Part shown: piece by piece, positions 1 through 11,862 of the stretch
Layout: each line of letters opens with the position of its first letter
Position numbering within the stretch: the first letter of the stretch is position 1
Assembly (NCBI RefSeq): GCF_963921235.1
Contig: NC_086115.1
Coordinates: 39,308,001-39,372,000, forward strand
DNA: 64,000 bases
Direction: 5' to 3'
Origin: Mobula hypostoma
Taxonomy: Eukaryota
The notes under the pieces: generated by a model
Told to the model about the DNA's origin: nothing
Databases searched by the model: none
What the model saw: the letters and a program-made list of their open reading frames with translations, nothing else
Made by a program: the position numbers and the translations under genes

Positions 1-239
1 CAAAATCCGAAAACTATTTTCTCTCCATTCTGGCTCCAAGCCTTTCGGATAAGGGATACTCAACTGGTATTAGGAATTTGCTGTGGTATTTTGGTCAAGG
101 CTTGATATGCAACAAAAAAAAAACAATAACTTTCAACAATTATAAAGAATAGAGAATTATACAAAAAATCAAGTTAGAAGTTGAAGTACCGATTTCCTTC
201 TTGTATTGTAAGAATGTGTTATCTCCTTGTAGAGTGCAT

Positions 240-630
240 GAGGCTTCATGCTGACCATCTAAGAAATCATATATATTCTTTGGAGTTTAAATGAATGAGA
301 AATGATCTTATGGAACCTTGTAAGTTCCTCAGGAGAGCAAAAGATTTGATGTTGAGATGCTTCCACGAATGAGAGAAAATGAATTGGCGGAATTACAAGG
401 TTAGGAAGTGGTCACTAAAAACTGAGCTGCTTTAGAATTTCTTCTCTCAGGGCTTGGTGGATCTCTGGAAATTTCCACTCCAGAGGGTTAGGTCACTGGG
501 GGCATTTAAAAAGGAAATAGGCAAATTATTGAAAGCTCTGATAATCAAGGGCTACGGTGAACCGACATGGAAGACCAGATGCGGAATGGGGCCTGTCAGG
601 TTGGATGGGCTCTTATTTTCAGGTCTTATG
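240..630 (+). mobile_element. Highly decayed CR1-type LINE 3' fragment
   Basis: Degenerate match to the CR1 C-terminal/3'UTR block seen in better copies in this window (e.g. 'agaatttcttctctcagggcttggtggatctctggaa', 'gcatttaaaaaggaaataggc'). Boundaries approximate. Confidence 0.5.
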
Positions 631-757
631 CAGAGCTGAACCTTGGCAACTCAGCCATTAGTCAATGAGCAGTAGGGCAACACCTAAAGGCACAAAAACT
701 GTATAATTTTATTGGCATCCTGATTATGTGTTTGAAGTAGATTTGAAGGGCACAAAA

Positions 758-838
758 CAGGGGTTTCCAACCTTTTATATGCTATGGAGTCTTATCATTA
801 ACTGAGGAGTCCCTGCTTTTCAGTTTGGGAAGCCCCTG
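758..838. mobile_element. Miniature hAT-type MITE (~80 bp)
   Basis: Terminal inverted repeats CAGGGGTTTCCAAC / GTTTGGGAAGCCCCTG, same TIR type as the hAT element at 32483. TSD not cleanly preserved. Confidence 0.65.
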
Positions 839-884
839 GTCTAAAGTATTAATGTTGTCCATTAAAGGAACTGCAAAGACCAAG

Positions 885-2490
885 ATTAGAAAAAGCATAG
901 ATATATAGAAAACCAACAGCACAATACAGTCCCTTTGGCCCACGATGCTGTGCCGAACATGTAGTTACTTTAGAAATTACCCAGGGTTACCCACAGCCCT
1001 CTATTTTTCTAAGCTCCACATACCTATCCAAGAGTCTCTTAAAAGACCCTATTGTATCCACATCTGCTACCGTTGCCAGCAGCCCATTCCACGTACTCAC
1101 TAATCTGTGTGAAAAACCTACCCCTGACATTTCTGTACCTACTTCCAAGCACCTCAGAACTGTGCCCTCTCAAGTTAGCCATTTCATCCCTGGGAAAAAG
1201 CCTCTGGCTATTCACATGATCAATGCTTCTTAACACTTTATTCACCTCTATCAGATCACCTCTCATCCTCCATCGCTCCAGGGAGAAAAGGCCAAATTCC
1301 CTCAACCTATTCTCATAAGGAATGCTCCCCAATGCAGGCAACATCCTTGTAAATCCCCTCTGAACCCTTTCTATAGTTTCCACATCCTTCCTGTAGTGAG
1401 GTGACCAGAACTGAGCACAATACTCCAAGTGGGGTCTGACCAGGGTCCTATATAGCTGTAACATTACCTCTTGGCTATTAAACTCAATCCCACAGTTGAT
1501 GAAGGCCAACGCACCGTATGCCTTCTTAACCACACAATCAACATGTGCAGCAGCTTTGAGTGTCCAGTGGACTCAGATCCCAAGATCCTTCTAATCCTTC
1601 ACACTGCCAAGAGTCTTACAATTAATGCTACATTCTGCCAGCATATTTGACCTACCAAAGTGAACCACTTCAAACTTATCTGGGTTGAACTCCATCTGCC
1701 ACTTCTCAGCCCAGTTTTGCATCCTATTGATGTCCCGCTGTAACCTCTGACAGCCCTCCACACTATCCACAACACTCCCAACCTTTGTGTCATCAGCAAA
1801 TTTACTAACCCACCCCTCCACTTCCTCATCCAAGTCATTTATAAAAACCACGAAGAGAAGGGATCCCAGAACAGATTCCTCAGGCACACCACTGGTTCAT
1901 TTCCCAATACCAGATCAAGTACAGCCCCTCCTCTTGTAGGCTTATCTGCATATTGTGTCAGGAAACCTTCCTGAACACATCTAACAAACCCTGTTACTAT
2001 TGGGTGGTCTATAAAAATCTCCAGTAGAGTTATTGACCCCTTCCTGTTTCTAACTTCCTCCCACAGAGAATCAGTAGACAATCCCTCTATGACTTCCTCC
2101 TTCTCTGCAGCTGTGACACTACCTCTGATCAGCAGTGCCACGTCCTCACTCCTTCTGCTCCCTTCCCTGTCCTTTCTGAAATATCTAAAGCCTGGCACTC
2201 TAAATAGCCATTCCTGCCCCTGAGCCATCCAAATCTCTGTAATGGACACAACATCATAGCTCCAAGTCCTGATCCACGCTCTAAACCCATCCACTTTGTT
2301 CATGATTCTCCTTGCATTAAAATAGACACATCTCAAACCATCAGTCTGAACGCATCCCTTCTCTATCACCTGCCTGGCCTCCCTCTCATACTGCCTACAA
2401 GCTTTCTCTATTTGTGAGTCAACCTCCCTTTCCTCCGTCACATCAGTTCAGTTCCCACCCCCCAGGAATTCTAGTTTAAACTCTCCCCAA
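885..2490 (-). mobile_element. CR1-type LINE, internally deleted (APE endonuclease joined to RT C-terminal half and 3'UTR)
   Basis: ORF 1839-2441: APE motifs (CVYFNAR, YDVVSITEIW, PTRGGAVLDLVLGNEP). ORF 1591-1887: RT (LLFVVFINDL, KFADDTKVG). ORF 1039-1533: CR1 C-terminus (LVRPHLEYCAQFWSPHYRKDV). Confidence 0.9.
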
Positions 2491-2814
2491 TAACCACTTA
2501 TTAACACTTGCCAGCATACCAATCTGACTTGTACATTCACGCAGATATCAAACTCATTATGTAAAATTGTTGATGAACGAGAATGTTTAGCGTTAAATGG
2601 AAGGTTTTGATTCAATAATCTATGTTAAATATTTAAAGCATCCTGCTAAAATGTGAATCATAAATCTACAACTATGCAAAATGTTCTGTTGTATTAGAAA
2701 GTCAATGTCAGCTCAAGTGGTTTCCAGAAAATGCATACGAGTAACTAGCAAAATATGTTTGGTATATGTGTATTCCCATGGATCTCAGAAACAAGGAGCT
2801 AGGTTTCTATTATA

Positions 2815-4430
2815 CAGTGGCATGCAAAAGTTTGGGCTCCCCGGTCAAAATTTCTTGTTACTGTGAATAGTTAAGTGACTAGAAGATGAACTGATCTCCA
2901 AAAGTCATAAAGTTAAAGATGAAACATTCTTTTCAACATTTTAAGCAAGATTAGTGTATTATTTTTGTTTTGTACAATTTTAGAGTGAAAAAAAGGAAAG
3001 GAGCTCCATGCAAAAGTTTGGGCACCCCAAGAGATTTGAGCGCTCAGATAACTTTTACCAAGGTCTCAGACATTAATTAGCTTGTTAGGGCTATGGCTTG
3101 TTCACAATCATCATTAGGAAAGGCCAGGTGATGCAAATTTCAAAGCTTTATAAATACCCTGACTCCTCAAGCCTTGTCCCAATAATCAGCAGCCATGGGC
3201 TCCTCTAAGCAGCTGCCTAGCACTCTGAAAATTAAAATAAATGATGCCCACAAAGCAGGAGAAGGCTATAAGAAGATAGCAAAGTGTTTTCAGGTAGCTG
3301 TTTCTCAGTTCGTAATGTAATTAAGGAATGGCAGTTAACAGGAACGGTGGAGGTCAAGTTGAGGTCTGGAAGACCAAGAAAACTTTCCAAGAGAACTGCT
3401 CGTAGGATTGCTAGAAGGGCAAATCAAAACCCCCATTTGACTGCAAAAGACCTTCAGGAAGAGTGAGCAGACTCTGGAGTGGTGGTGCACTGTTCTACTG
3501 TGCAGCGACACCTGCACAAATATGACCTTCATGGAAAAGTCATCAGAAGAAAATCTTTCCTGCATCCTCACCACAACATTCAGCGTCAGAAGTTTGCAAA
3601 GGAACATCTAAACAAGCCTGATGCATTTTGGAAAGAAGTCCTGTGGACTGATGAAGTTAAAATAGAACTTTTTGGCCACAATGAGCAAAGGTATGTTTGG
3701 AGAAAAAAGGGTGCAGAATTTCATGAAAAAAACACCTCTCTAACTGTTAAGCACAGGGGTGGATCGATCATGCTTTGGGCTTGTGTTGCAGCCAGTGGCA
3801 CGGGGAACATTTTGCTGGTAGAGGGAAGAATGAATTCAATTAAAAACCAGTAAATTCTGGAAACAAACATCACACCATCTGTAAAAAAGCTGAAGATGAA
3901 AAGAGGGTGGCTTCTACAACAGGATAATGATCCTAAACACACCTCAAAATCCACAATGGACTACCTCAAGAGGCGCAAGCTGAAGGTTTTGCATCGCCCT
4001 CATTGTCCCCCGACCTAAACATCATCAAAAATCTGTGGACAGACCTCAAAAGAACAGTGCATACAGGACAGTCCAAGAATCTCACAGAACTAGATGCCTT
4101 TTGCAAGGAAGAATGGGCGAAAATCCCACAAACAAGAATTGAAAGACTCTTAGCTGGCTACAGAAAGCGTTTACAAGCTGTGATATTGCCAAAGGGGGTG
4201 TTACTAAGTACTGACCATGCAGGGTGCCCAAACTTTTGCTTCAAGCCCTTTTCCTTTTTTGTTATTTTGAAACTGTAAAAGATGGAAATAAAAAAGTAAT
4301 CTTGCTTAAAATATTAAAGAAATGTGTCATCTTTAACTTTATGCCTTTTGGAAATCCAGTCATCTTTTACTCACTTAGCTATTCACAGTAACAGAAATTT
4401 TGACTGGGGTGCCCAAACTTTTGCATACTC
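2815..4430 (+). mobile_element. Tc1-family DNA transposon, near full length, IR/DR-type long TIRs
   Basis: TA then CAGTGGCATGCAAAAGTTTGGGC at 2813. About 210-bp TIRs (2815-3027, ~4216-4430), each with two copies of the GCAAAAGTTTGGGC.CCCC direct repeat. Transposase inside. Right outer end is degenerate. Confidence 0.95.
3195..4215 (+). pseudogene. Tc1 transposase, disrupted by frameshifts and stops
   Basis: ATG at 3195 (MGSSKQL...), GRPRKLS AT-hook-like motif, VLWTDEVKIELFG (first catalytic D), QQDNDPKHTS, SPDLNIIKNLW (catalytic E position reads K). In-frame stops at 3464-3466 and 3851-3853. Confidence 0.9.
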
Positions 4431-4557
4431 TTTATGTATTATTTGATTCATAGAAATGAACAATGTATTATTAGCCCCTTTATCATAAAGGTGGGGCTTA
4501 AATTAATCAGAACTGGACTTGCATCAGAGTCCATCACGGTCACAATATAAAGATTTG

Positions 4558-4918
4558 AAATAGCACCTTGATGCAGGAAGATTGTTCCCGATGTTGGGGA
4601 AGTCCAGAACGAGGGGCCACAGTTTGAGGATAGAGGGGAAGCCTTTTAGGACCGAGATTAGGAAAAACTTCTTCACACAGAGAGTGGTGAATCTGTAGAA
4701 TTCTCTGCCACAGGAAACAGTTGAGGCCAGTTCATTGGCTATATTTAAGAGGGAGTTAGATATGGCCCTTGTGGCTACGGGGGTCAGGGGGTATGGAGGG
4801 AAGGCTGGGGCGGGGTTCTGAGTTGGAGGATCAGCCATGATCATAATAAATGGCGGTGCAGGCTCGAAGGGCCGAATGGCCTACTCCTGCACCTATTTTC
4901 TATGTTTCTATGTTTCTA
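4558..4918 (+). mobile_element. CR1-type LINE 3' end with (CTATGTTT)n tail
   Basis: RLFPMLGKSRTRGHSLRIEG / RKNFFTQRVVNL C-terminus, 3'UTR, tail 'ttctatgtttctatgtttctat'. Confidence 0.85.
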
Positions 4919-5664
4919 TACAAACATAAAAACTGAAAATGTTTGACCTTGGGCCGAGGCCATATCATAATGAAACTGAACAAGGTAGTGGTGGTTTATT
5001 TGATTTTGCAGATGCTAATTTGCTTCCATTTCACTGTATTTTTTGTGGGACAATGCTGTTTGACCAGCTGGTTTCTGTAGTTGCACATCCATTTGTTCAT
5101 GCACCAGCAATGGCGATCATTATGAGCTGCTGATCTGATGCCATTCCTGCCAAACTAGATGTTGGTGACTCAGCTATCCTCGTGTAATCTGGAATTGATG
5201 CAGGAAGAATCCCCTCCCCATCTACTAACAGGGATCCTTGGTGAATTATCACCTTCCCGGTGTTTAGGATTTCAATTTGCTTGAGAAAATGATTAATTCA
5301 TTGGAGTATGAATATAAGTTATGCTGTTTGCTGTGGCTAGGGCAGATATGGTATCTTCCAAACTCCACGCACAGGATCAGTGGTGGCTAATCCACATGCC
5401 TTCAGCATAATGGGGAAGAGGAGGGTAGAAGAAGAATCTTGCCAAGAGATCCTGTCCAGCTAGAATCAGCAAGGGTGTGCCCAATCTCTCCAACTGAGCA
5501 GCAGGCCCTTGGGAACCCCCATTTCTCCATGGAGGTGATGACAGAGATGTGCCATGTGTAACAATCACAGCTGTATTCCCACCGAAACAAACAAAACCTC
5601 TCTGCCTGTGACTGGGGAGATTTCAATTTTTTTGCATTATGTGTATGTACAAAAGAAGAAAATT

Positions 5665-6815
5665 AAGAACATAGAACATAGAAATCTACAGCACATTACA
5701 GCACAATCTACAAAACTCTGGTTAGGCCACACTTGGAGTACTGTGTCCAGTTTTGGTTGCCTCACTATAGGAAGGATGTGGAAGCACTGGAAAGGGTACA
5801 GAGGAGATTTACCATGATGCTGCCTGGTTTAGAGAGTATGCATTATGATCAGAGATTAAGGGAGCTAGGGCTTTACACTTTGGAGAGAAGGAGGATGAGA
5901 AGAGACATGATAGAGGTGTGCAAGATAATAAGAGGAATAGATAGAGTGGATAGCCAGCACCTCTTCCCCAAGGCACTACTGCTCAATACAAGAGGACGTG
6001 GCTTTAAGGTAAGGGATGGGAAGTTCAAGGGGGATATTAGAGGAAGGTTTTTTTACTCAGAGAGTGGTTGGTGCGTGGAATGCACTGCCTGAGTCAGTGG
6101 TGGAGGCAGATACACTAGTAAAGTTTAAGAGTCTACTAGACAGGTATATGGAGGAATTTAAGGTGGCAGGTTATATGGGAGGCAGGGTTTGAGGGTCGGC
6201 ACAACATTGTGGGCCGAAGGGCCTGTACTGTTCTGTGCTGTACTATTCTATGTTCTCTATGTTCTATTATTGGCCCTTTGGCCCACAATGTTGTGCTGAC
6301 CATGGAACCTACTCTAGAAACTGCCTAGAATTACCCTAGTGCATAGCCCTCTATTTTTCTAAGCTCCTTGCACCTATCTAAGAGGCTCTTAAAAGACCCT
6401 GTTGTATCCGCTTCCACCACCGCCGCCGGCAGTGCATTCCATGCACCCACCACTCTCTCTGTGTGAAAAAATTACCCCTGATCTCCCTTCAGTACCTATT
6501 TGTAAGCATCTTAAAGCTATGCCCCCTCATGTTAGTCATTTCAGCCCTGGTAAAAAGCCTCTGGCTATTCACACAATCAATGCCCCTCATCATCTTATAC
6601 ACCTCTGTCAGGTCAGCTCTCATCCTCCGTCGCTCCCAGGAGAAAAGACCAAGTTCACTCAACCTATTCTCATAAGGTACGCCCTCCAATCCAGGCAACA
6701 TCCTTGTAAATCTCCTCTGCACTCTCTCTATATTATCCACACCCGTCCTGTAGTGGGGTGACCAGAACTGAACACAGTACTCCAAGTAGGATCTGACCAG
6801 GGTCTTATATAGCTT
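5665..6815 (-). mobile_element. CR1-type LINE 3' fragment, split by a + strand CR1 insertion
   Basis: Reverse tail 'aacatagaacatagaaatctacagcacattac' at ~5665-5699 resumes as 'ggccctttggcccacaatgttgtg' at ~6271. ORF 6489-6785 MEYCVQFWSPHYRTGV. Confidence 0.85.
5700..6267 (+). mobile_element. CR1-type LINE 3' fragment nested in the previous copy
   Basis: ORF 5733-6092 MEYCVQFWLPHYRKDVEALERVQRRFT, ending in a 'ttctatgttctctatgttct' tail. Confidence 0.9.
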
Positions 6816-6989
6816 GCAAATTCTTTACATTCAGTGTTTTAAATTTACTTTTTAAACCCATATGGTTTTTGCCACTCATGTACCCCCCCCCCCGGGGTGA
6901 TACATCATTTCATTGTTTGAGGGGCTTCCCAACCCAACAACTCCTCCACGTCCCACAGTGGAAAGAGCCTAGACTTCCCTAAAGAGCCT

Positions 6990-8370
6990 TTGCATTGGCT
7001 GCACTGAGTTTCACTGCGTCCCTCAGCATGTACCACCGTAGCCTAGACCATGCCAGTCAGCAGCATTCTCTCATGGACATCTTGCTGTGCTGGAAGACCA
7101 ACAAGTTTTGGGAAGATCAAAAGACGACTTTCAATAAATTGAAGGAGAATTTGACGTCTGTCCCGGCGTGTGCACCTGAGAACAGCCTATAGATCAGAGA
7201 GCCCTCTGTTATGCAGCTGCTCGGGATAAAGCAAGTAAAGGATTCTTGCATGTGTCTCTACACGCTCTTAGCAGATCCACACTCTACGAAGAGGTGGATG
7301 ACCATCTCTTCCCTACTGCAGCAATCTTGAGGGCAATATGCTTTGTGGAGGATATACCTTCTGTACAGGAAGGATCTGAGTGTGAGAGCCCCTCTCACTG
7401 CCAGGTAAGCAAGGTTCTGGCGAGTTTTAGTGATGAGGGCATTCTGAGAGATAACTTGGACAGTTTGGTCAGGGAATCATCCCACCGTATCCATTGATAT
7501 CTTCTCCCACAGTATCTGAAGAACGTTCCGTGCTGACCATTGCCTAAGGGATATTTTTCCAGGGAAAGGTGTTTGCCTGGAAGAACTCATCCATGAAGGA
7601 TATTGACAGGATGTTACATGACAACAGGGCCAGACAAGCCTCCATGATGCCAGGAACAGGTAGCCCCTGAGCAGATAGTTTGAATACTTTGTTACATACC
7701 TTGAATCCATGCACAGCCTGATGTAGACACGCACAAAGGACAGCATCGGAATGAGGACAAGGTTGAATAGATTTTTGAGGCCATTGTCTGGGGATTTGTA
7801 CATTGTAATCTGATGGACTCACTTTATCTTGGCTCCTGGATGATCTAGAGGATGTCCTGGACACTTGATGAGGAGATGGACCAGGGAACTACACACCTGT
7901 GCTAAGTACAGTGACCCAGACAGCAGATCACAACTGATGATCAAATTCTTCCCAGTTACTGACAAAGAGTGTCATTTCCACAGGCCTAATTTTTGTTTAA
8001 CTTTACCAATTTGCTCCAGGCAATTAATTTTATACATATCAGTCCCTCCGAACCAGATCCTCAGTACCTTCAGTTGGTCTGCCTTGGTGGTTGCATTCAT
8101 TGGCCAGTTGTCGAAGAGCATGGCCTTGCTCTTACTATGGTTGTCTCTGGCCCCTGATGTTGATTTAAGCTGGGGTGTCCAACCTGGGGTCCAAGGACCC
8201 CTTGGTCAATGGTGATGGTCCACGGCATAAAAAAGGTTGGGCACCATGATCTGAACAGCTTGCAGATGCTGACCAATCTGTGAACTGACTGCGGATCCGA
8301 GCAGAAGACGGAGACATCATCTATGTACAGGGGTGTTTTGATCTGAATGCCTCTGCTACTTAGCAATGTT
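6990..8370 (-). mobile_element. Tx1/L1-clade non-LTR retrotransposon fragment (RT end plus C-terminal Cys/His region)
   Basis: ORF 8097-8366 LYIDDVSVFCSDPQSVHRLVSIC (YxDD RT motif). Downstream on the minus strand, VLRIWFGG and a HLFVECGSAKSV zinc-knuckle-like segment (~7250-7310). Confidence 0.75.
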
Positions 8371-8789
8371 ACCCACTTACTTTCTCATCCTTGCTGACAG
8401 AATCAGCAAAAGGTTCTATGCAACAGACAGGGAAGACAAGCCATAAGCACTATCACCTTGTGTCTTTGCAGCCGGTGATGTTCGCGATGCCTGCTGGTAA
8501 CCAGCCGACAGCTGCAATGACGACGTGACAGAAGCTCTGTACTCTATGCGTTTTCTCCTTCATAGATCCTTACCCCTGCTTCTGAAACATTCCTCATATG
8601 CATGAGATTCGACATGAAGACTCCCCCATTTGAGGCATCTACAGCAGTATGCAGAGTGACAATATTGAAGAAAACACACTTCGGTCAATCTGTTCTTGGT
8701 CTCTTTTGTTCTTCAGCAGCCTAGGTCTATCCAGATGGGAGTTCACGGCTGTATGAAATAAGGGAAGGTAAGGTAAACAAAGCAGAATG

Positions 8790-9060
8790 TGAGGTATTTG
8801 ATTACATTGCACACATCTTGGATATTAGAGGATCTCTGGGATTAGCAGTATGTGTGAAATAAGATGCATAAAATACGAGTACACCAACTCCTTCAATGAA
8901 ATCTCCAATGATGTTGGTCACAGTCTGTGAGGTGATCATTCCATAGTCACCTACACTCTCCTCCAGGCCACCGAGCTGATAAATAGGAAGTTGTCCTGCC
9001 TTTAGTAACGGTGATCTTGAGAAATACAGGAAGGTTGAGCCAGTGGAGCCTACACTCATT
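8790..9060 (-). mobile_element. Possible very decayed Penelope-like RT fragment
   Basis: Minus-strand translation (QTVTNIIGDFI...YFTHTANPRDPLIS) loosely resembles the Penelope RT region. Weak. Confidence 0.3.
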
Positions 9061-9339
9061 GGTAGTTGAGAGGTTATCTTGTTAAAATATAAGACTCTGA
9101 GGAGGTAACATACGGTGTGCTTTGAGATGACATTTCCTCTGACAGAGGAATTCAGAACTAGAGATTCAAACAGATTTTATGTCTACAGGGAAGTTGTCGG
9201 TTACAAAGATGAAAGTGGAACATGGGCAAAGGTCAGATCAGTCTTGTTTAGTAAACTCAAGTATCAATGTAGCCTCCTCCTGTATAATATTTTTGTATGT
9301 ATATGAGAGCAGGGAATGTGTATCTTGCAAAGTGAATGT

Positions 9340-10625
9340 GTAATGCCTCTGATGTGGTTGAATAACTAGCAGAATTGTCTAGCTACAGGCAAGCTGCTGG
9401 AGGGCTGGCAAGTAGTAATGTTGTTTCATTATTCAAGAAGGGAAAGAGGATTAACCCTAGAAACTATAGACTGCTGACTCTCACACCCCTGGCAGGGAAG
9501 TTACTGGTGAGGATTATTAGGGATGGGATTTATGAGCAATTGGAGAACCATGATCAATTAGGGACAATCAGCATGGTTTGTCTTTCTAATTTGACTGAGT
9601 TTTTTAAAAAAGTACTGAGGTGAAAGCTGAAGGTAGAGCTGTAGACATCGTCTACATAGATTTTAGTAAGGCTTTTGACAAGGTCCCTCACAGGAGGCCC
9701 ATCCACAGATTAAGATGCATGGGATCCATGGTAAATTAACCATTTGGATTCAGAATTAGCTTTCTCATAGGAAACAGTGGGTAGTGGTCAATAGGAGTTA
9801 TTCTGACTGGAGGATTTGACGAGTGATGTTTTATCTGGAATCTGTCATGGGACCTCTGCAGTGTGATATATATAAGTGACCTGGAAAAAAATATTGAACG
9901 GTAGGTTGCTAAGTTTGCAGATAATATGAAGATTGGTGGTGTAGCCAATAGCATAGAAGACTGGCACAGCACGATTTAAATCAGTTGCAGATATGGGAGA
10001 ACAAGAAGGCAATGACATGCTTCCCTTTATTAGTTGAGGCATAGTGTTCAAAAGTCAGGAAGTTATGTTGCGGCTTTATACAACTCAAGTTAGACTGCAT
10101 CTGAAGTTTTGCATAGAGTTCTGGTTGCCCCAGTATAGGAAGGGTGACTTGGCTTTGGAGTGGGTGCAGAAGAGGTTTAAAAGGATGCTGCCTGGATTAA
10201 AGTACTTGTGCTATAACAAAAGGTTGGACAAACTTGGGTTGTTTTCTCTGGAGCAGCGAAGGCTGAGGGGAGATCTGACAGAGGTTTATAAGATTAGGAG
10301 AGGCATAGATAGAGTAGACAGACAGTATCTTTTTCCCAGGATTGAAATGTCTAATACCATGCCTTCAGATACCATGCATTTAAGGTGAAAGGGATAATTT
10401 TAAAGGAGATGTGGGAGGCATGCTTTTTAACAGAGAAGGTAATGACTGCCTGGAATGCGATGCCTGGGATGGTGGTAGAGGCAGATACATTAGTTAGGCA
10501 TGTGAAGAGGAGGAAAATGGAGGGATATGGACATTGTGTAGGTATAAGGGATCAGTTTAGTTGCCCGTTTGATTACTAATTTATTTGCTTTTGGGCTGAA
10601 AGGCCTGTTCCTGTGCTGTACTGAA
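9340..10625 (+). mobile_element. CR1-type LINE, RT through 3'UTR, decayed
   Basis: NVVSLFKKGKRINPRNYR, DFSKAFDKV-like stretch, KFADNMKIGG, ORF 10044-10388 CR1 C-terminus. Confidence 0.9.
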
Positions 10626-10855
10626 GGGGCGCCGTCATGACAAGCTTTTTTTGGTATGCTCATTGTACGGCGTGTCTTGGCCATCTGAAACCTGGCAGAG
10701 CCCATCCTTCTCCAGGTTTTTTTTTTATGAGGTCGAGTTGTTAGTTCGACATTCAACCCAGGCACGGATGGAGAGTGTGCAAGGGAGCCAGCCGGATTCG
10801 AACTCGGGACCTCTCACCCTGAAGTCCAGCGCTGATGCCACTACGCCACCAGCCG
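10626..10855 (-). mobile_element. tRNA-derived SINE
   Basis: Minus-strand head CGGCTGGTGGCGTAGTGG (A box) ... GAGTTCGAATCC (B box), followed by a non-tRNA body. Confidence 0.8.
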
Positions 10856-11280
10856 ATAATAAGAGGGGTAGAAGTGGTTTAAGCTACCATTAGTTAGCAT
10901 GAACCGTGCTGGCCACTAATGTAATTGGACTTCGTGCAATAATGCTTGCTGCACGTAACAATGAACATAATTAGGCTGGAGTTCACAATTAATGTGCAAC
11001 CAGAAATGGGTCAAATGGATACTGGTTCATTATTCATCATGACTGCAGGTTCCATTTTCTAGTATTATCTAATTTCTCCCCATCAACGCAATAATTAATT
11101 TATTGGATGAGGATATTACTGGCAAGGCCATGACATACTGCTGTCACTCACTGTCTGAGGAAAATGATGGTGAACAACTTTCATGAACTGCTGTAGGTCT
11201 TTTGGTGAAACAACCCCACAATAGTGGAGGGGAAAGATTTCCAGGATTTAGGCCCAGTAATGTGTAGGAAGAGCAGTATA

Positions 11281-11809
11281 CACTCAGTGACCACTTTATT
11301 AGGTACACTTGTTTGTTAATGCAAATATCTAATTAGCCAATTATGTGGCAGAAACTCAATGCATAGAAGCCTGCTGACTTGGTTATGAGGATCAGTTGTT
11401 GTTCAGACCAAACATCAGAATGGGGAAGAAATGTGGTCTAAGTGACTTTGACCATGAAATGAATGTTGATGCCAGACCGGGTGGTTAGATTATCTCAGAA
11501 ACTGCTGATCTTCTGGGATTTTCATGCAGAACAGTCTCTCAAAATCTATTGAGTGGCAGTTCTGTGGGCAAAAATGCCTTGTCAGTGAGAGAGGTCAGAG
11601 GAGAATGGTCAGACTGGTTGAAGCTGACAGGAAATTGACAGCAACTCAAATAACCATGCATTACAACAAAGGTGTGCAGAAGAGCATCTGTGAATGCACA
11701 CCACACCAAACCTTGATGTGGATGGCTACAGCAGCAGAAAGCCATGGACATACACTCAGAGGCCATTTTATTAGGCACAGGAGGTACTTAATAAAGTGGC
11801 TACTGAGTG
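11281..11809 (+). mobile_element. Non-autonomous Tc1-derived element
   Basis: TA-CACTCAGTGACCACTTTATTAGG ... TAATAAAGTGGCTACTGAGTG-TA inverted ends with TA target duplication. Internal transposase N-terminal remnant (ERGQRRMVRLVEADRK...TQITMHYN). Confidence 0.9.
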
Positions 11810-11862
11810 TACTTCAGTGTCAGACTACTGTATGACTAAGAGGAGGACCTGAAGACTGTGGT

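Noticed and set aside
10780-10855. tRNA-like sequence with A and B boxes (also at 42311, 45110-45184, 17245)
   Set aside because: These are SINE heads continuing into SINE bodies with TSDs or tails, not tRNA genes.
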